Source: Adineta steineri
Taxonomy: Eukaryota
Assembly (NCBI GenBank): GCA_905250115.1
Contig: CAJNOI010000070.1
Location: forward strand, 157,898 to 169,855
Reading direction: 5' to 3'
DNA length: 11,958 nucleotides
Shown: one piece after another, positions 7,659-11,958 of the stretch
Position numbering within the stretch: the stretch's first letter is position 1
Layout: each line of letters begins with the position of its first letter
Translations under genes and position numbers: made by a program
The notes under the pieces: model-generated
Database searches by the model: none
What the model saw: only the letters and a program-made list of their open reading frames with translations
What the model was told of the DNA's origin: nothing

Positions 7659-10600
7659 GTTAATGTTTAATTTTTTTGAGAGAAATTTATAATAAGAAGT
7701 TAAGATTTAATGATTATATCTAAAAATAATCTTACATTGTATTAAAAATATAATGATAAAATAAACACTTATTAATGCAAAACTACGATTGATCTAATTT
7801 GCTTCATTAAATAGTTATTAAGATAGGTAGTCTTTGCATGTGACAACACATTTATATTTTATAGTTTATACTCTATGTTTGTTCAATATTACCAAGATCA
7901 ACTAGAATAAATAATAATACATTTAATACTTTTGTAAAATACTGATAATAATATCTCTTATGTTTCGCAAGTTAAAGAATTTTAAGTGTTATTAATTCTC
8001 TGCTAAATAATTCATTACACATATTAACCTATAGAGATTAACATTGTCTATGATTCGACATGAATGATAAAAGATAAGAACATCAGATTGTAGCACAAAT
8101 ATTATGTATCATTATACTATATTACTACGCCCTCTATCGAACAGAATATATATTACTCATTTAATGCATACAAACTAAATATTTTTAAGAACAACTATAT
8201 CTTACATATCTTTGAAATAGTCATTGCAAAATAAAATTCATTTTTAATTTTCTTCTCTCGTATGATTGATGGATCAAAAAAAATACTTGACATCTTCGTT
8301 ATCAAAAAGTGTTAGTAAATGTATATGTAATTCTTTTCGTACATTTTATTTCAATCAAGTGAGTATAAAAATGACATTCACTATATAAGTAAAGAGCAGA
8401 AAAGAAAAACGTAACATTTTGGTTAAAATAAATAAAACTGATTACTAACTTGTACCCATAATATGATTACATCGACAGACATGACTCGTCACTTTCTTAA
8501 TACTTAAAAATTTAACACAAACTCATTCTTCTTATACTAAACATTCTGTGGATCGTTAGAAAAACTAACCTTAGATAATGGATTGATAGCATACACAAAA
8601 GTCACTTATTTCATATTACAACCTACATTATCATGCTTTGTCATTCATATAAAGAGAAAGACAACATTGTTTTTCTTTTCCTCTAAATGACTAAGCACAT
8701 TTACTGTTTTTGAAAGAACGGAAAAAGAAAAAAACATAGAAAAGTCGAGAGATGAAAGATATATTCGATTTTTTTCTTTCTATGCTGCGGTGCAGAACAG
8801 AAAAAGAGAAGAACATCACTAGATCTATAAACCATAGGCGTTCTCATGCTTATCATTTAAGTTTAATAATATCTATTGTATATTACTGCGATTTTTGCTT
8901 AGATTCTCTGTAGCTAGACGAACGATTTACGATACACAAATCAGCATCCAATATAGTTATTTAATATGTATTAGACCTTGTTTCTATTTCATTAAGGTTA
9001 TGTACTATGATATGTTTCTTTGAAAATATTATGTAGTATAATATAGTCGCTTATATCATCTTCTGAGTCTTTCTATTGAAATATAAACTCATCGGTGGTA
9101 ATTGCGTAATATATTTTTTCATCAAACAGTAAATTCAATCGAAAGAGACTGATAATTCATCCGCTTAAATATGAATCGTATCATAATATATTTCTTTACA
9201 AGACTCATTATCTTAAGGAACTATTGATACATAAATCATGGATAAGTTCAAACTTTTGTATTTTAGCGCGATTAGTATAGTTAAGTTCTTTTGATTGGAA
9301 ATAATCATTAGTGGTGATTTTCATAGAGATTTGTTGATTTACGTATTAATTGAATTCCAAATAAGCACAATACGCGCGTTTAAGTAGAATTCTTATATGC
9401 TTTCAATTATACTAATCATTGTAAGTATACGACAAGGAATCAGTAATGTTCACGTTCAATAAACCATTGATAACTAACAGTTATGGTAATACAGAGTATA
9501 GTCTTGATATACACATGTTTATATATTCCTACGAGGAATTTTTTACTGGATCAGAATTAAATACAATGTCACAATGGTATTTGAAAAATCAATTAAGTTA
9601 AGTTCGTTGCGGCCATTTGATGAAATTATTGTATCGACCAATATGAAGTTGATGTTTAAATTCAGTGTAAGTGTCATGAAAGTTCACAGTAATATTCATT
9701 ATGAAGAGATTAAAAAATATGTCTATTTAAAATTAATTTTACTATTAATGCTGCTATTGGAAACACCCTCAACGTATACACATTAGTCCAATATGTGTTA
9801 ACTAAGATCACCAAAGAATTAAAACGTGAGTCTTTTCAGAGGACGATCATCGTCATGTTAAGTTCGAAAGGCTTTTGTTGATGTTGTTTTATTTCATATA
9901 ATATACTAGAAACGATTGATTTTATTTTATCGTCGATTAATGTATTCTTTCTATTTTATACGATCAAAGCATTTGTTCAGTTAGAAAGTTGAATAAATGG
10001 ATATATAAGAGAAAATATTTGTAAGGAATGCGGTGTATGTTTTCAGCTTTAAAAGATATTCTTGAAACAGACAGCATCATCAAGTATCAAAAAAGCAGCT
10101 TAATAACAATGATTTTTGTTACGGTTAATTTGATATACTAACGTTTTTTTTCTATCTGCTCGTATATTTTTAAGTAGTATTGTAATGTTATGTGAAATAA
10201 CTGTTAATGAGATATTTACCTTTCTTATTCGCTACTAATTATATGATAAGAAATTAAAAATATTTTTTACAATGAAAAATCTAATTTAATTAGTATTCTT
10301 CTGAATATATCATTTGTTTTTTTTATTCATTTGAGTAGTCAAGGATTATGTATGTTAAACCATCAACTGTAGATCTATCATTGATATTTATTGTATTTAA
10401 TCTCACTTCATTAGTAATACTTGCATGCTATTTTTTTTCCTTCCTACATGACTTAATAAAATAGTACAAAACTACTTCACAGAAAGAAAGAAAACCATGT
10501 GCGTATTGACTACAAAAAGGATAAAAGAAAATGTATTTTATTATTTCGATAAGTAGATATATGTAGATGTGCTTTTGATTATTTACAACGATCTATTCGT

Positions 10601-11032
10601 TATTAATCAAATATTTGTACACCATCGATAAACAATCTATTTAATAATGGGTATGTGATGTTGAATTGTATTTTATAGAATTTGTGAATGTCAATGTTGA
10701 CACGTTCGAAAAGAATGATATTAATAAATTTGTACCATCGTAGAAAGAGGATTTCAAAGATTCTGGGTAAAATAACCTGTGAAATCAGACTATCCCATTA
10801 AAACTTCAAAATACATCTAATAATATATCAGATGTTCTTCTCAGAATAGTTTTAATTACTAAAGTCTTTAAAAAAAACTTGTGAAATGTCTTCTAGTGAC
10901 TTAATTTTGCGAATGCTTTATTATTAGCAAGTCTAATGCTAAAGATCTAACATGTTATTACTTATATAATATATAATAAAATAATTTTTTCGTAATATTT
11001 ATCTAGATCATCCATTAGATTCTCATCAGGAA

Positions 11033-11958
11033 ATGATTGAACTTCATGAAACACAATCTACTATTCTCCCCACTATTTCCGATAATGATAAATCTCATGA
11101 AAAACTTAAACGTGAATTAAAAAGTCGACATATAACTATGATAGCTATCGGTGGAATTATTGGTCCTGGCTTACTTGTCGGCTCAGGTACGGCATTAGCA
11201 TACGCTGGTCCTGCAGGTGCCTTGATTGCTTTTGCTGCCACTGGAATAATTGTGTTTTTCGTTATGCAATCACTCGGTGAGATTTCTACTGCAATTCCCG
11301 TGAGCGGTGCATTTACGGATTTTGCTGATCGATTCTGTGATCCTGCACTGTCGTTTGCTGTAGGTTGGATCTACTGGTATCTTTGGATAACAGTTCTTGC
11401 TAACGAATATAATGCCATATCTGTCGTCATTATGTATTGGACTCAAGTTGTACCTCAATGGGCTTGGATCATTCTTTGGTGGTTCATTTTTCTTGCACTT
11501 TCGCTTGTTGGTGTTCTCGTTTATGGTGAAATCGAATTTTGGCTTAGTTTAATGAAGATTTTAGCGATTCTCGCTTACTTTATTCTTGCCATTCTCATAG
11601 ATGTTGGTGTCATTGGAGGCACCTATATTGGTACACGTTACTGGCAAAATCCAGGTTCATTTGCAGATGGAATTAATGGTATAGCTCAAGTATTTGTTGT
11701 AGCTGGTACACTTTATGCAGGCGTTGAAATGGTTGCTGTTACTGCTGGTGAATGTCAAAACCCACGACGTGCTGTTCCACGAGCAATTAAACAAGTATTC
11801 TGGCGAATTGTTATCTTCTATCTAGGCACAATCTTTTTCATCGGTCTATTAATTCCTTATAATTCACCTCGTCTTCTTTCTGCTCAATCAAAGACGGCTG
11901 CATCACCTCTAACTATCTCTCTACAAGACGCTGGTATTCGTACAGCTGCTCACATCAT
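11033..11958 (+). CDS. amino-acid permease (fungal-type AAT/YAT family, APC superfamily), 5' part, truncated by the window end
   Basis: Frame open from 10985, first ATG 11033: MIELHETQSTILPTISDNDKSHEKLKRELKSRHITMIAIGGIIGPGLLVGSGTALAYAGPAGALIAFAATGIIVFFVMQSLGEISTAIPVSGAFTDFADRFCDPALSFAVGWIYWYLW ... GTYIGTRYWQNPGSFADGINGIAQVFVVAGTLYAGVEMVAVTAGECQNPRRAVPRAIKQVFWRIVIFYLGTIFFIGLLIPYNSPRLL. Signature LxSRHIxMIAIGGxIGxGLxxGSG. Absent from the ORF track because it has no stop in the window. Confidence 0.92.
   Translation, partial: MIELHETQSTILPTISDNDKSHEKLKRELKSRHITMIAIGGIIGPGLLVGSGTALAYAGPAGALIAFAATGIIVFFVMQSLGEISTAIPVSGAFTDFADRFCDPALSFAVGWIYWYLWITVLANEYNAISVVIMYWTQVVPQWAWIILWWFIFLALSLVGVLVYGEIEFWLSLMKILAILAYFILAILIDVGVIGGTYIGTRYWQNPGSFADGINGIAQVFVVAGTLYAGVEMVAVTAGECQNPRRAVPRAIKQVFWRIVIFYLGTIFFIGLLIPYNSPRLLSAQSKTAASPLTISLQDAGIRTAAHI

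Noticed and set aside
7393-7692. 99-aa plus-strand ORF
   Set aside because: Antisense shadow of the SDR 5' region.
8271-8390. 40-aa ORF (MDQKKYLTSSLSKSV...) with GTGAGT donor after FNQ
   Set aside because: No in-frame downstream exon found; isolated.
9574-9786. 70-aa plus-strand ORF taken as a gene by itself
   Set aside because: Hydrophobic AT-rich tail looks like non-coding read-through; only kept as part of a speculative relic.
9841-9853. Near-palindrome gacgatcatcgtc
   Set aside because: 6-bp arms; expected by chance, no context.
7700-10980. Search for CRISPR, transposon ORFs or toxin-antitoxin-like pairs
   Set aside because: Only short, unconnected frames; no repeats with regular spacing, no RT, integrase or transposase signatures.

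Overview
AT-rich eukaryotic nuclear DNA. Short (53-69 bp) GTAAGT..AG introns together with fungal-like genes are compatible with a bdelloid rotifer, but this is an inference and I ran no searches. Well supported: (1) the 5' part of a secreted GH16-type glucanase/lectin gene on the minus strand (3 exons, intact EIDIE motif, runs off the left edge); (2) ribosomal protein P0 on the plus strand (5370..6251), with a shortened hinge and an altered C-terminal tail; (3) a short-chain dehydrogenase/reductase on the minus strand (6762..7658); (4) the 5' part of a fungal-type amino-acid permease on the plus strand (11033 to right edge), which is missing from the ORF track. Moderately supported after manual splicing: a 77-aa single-pass membrane protein with a C-terminal PPPYY tail (minus, 3 exons, 3950..4293), and a truncated signal peptide + MAM-like fragment (plus, 2580..2837). 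Speculative: an RFamide-like neuropeptide precursor without an in-frame start Met (3633..3815), and a 62-aa two-exon gene divergent from P0 (4902..5152). About 3.3 kb between the SDR and the permease has no supportable gene. I saw no CRISPR array, tRNA/rRNA or intact transposon. I did not find a convincing new multi-gene system; the best leads are the neuropeptide-like ORF, the PPxY micro-membrane protein, the unusual P0 tail and the cluster of possibly horizontally acquired genes.
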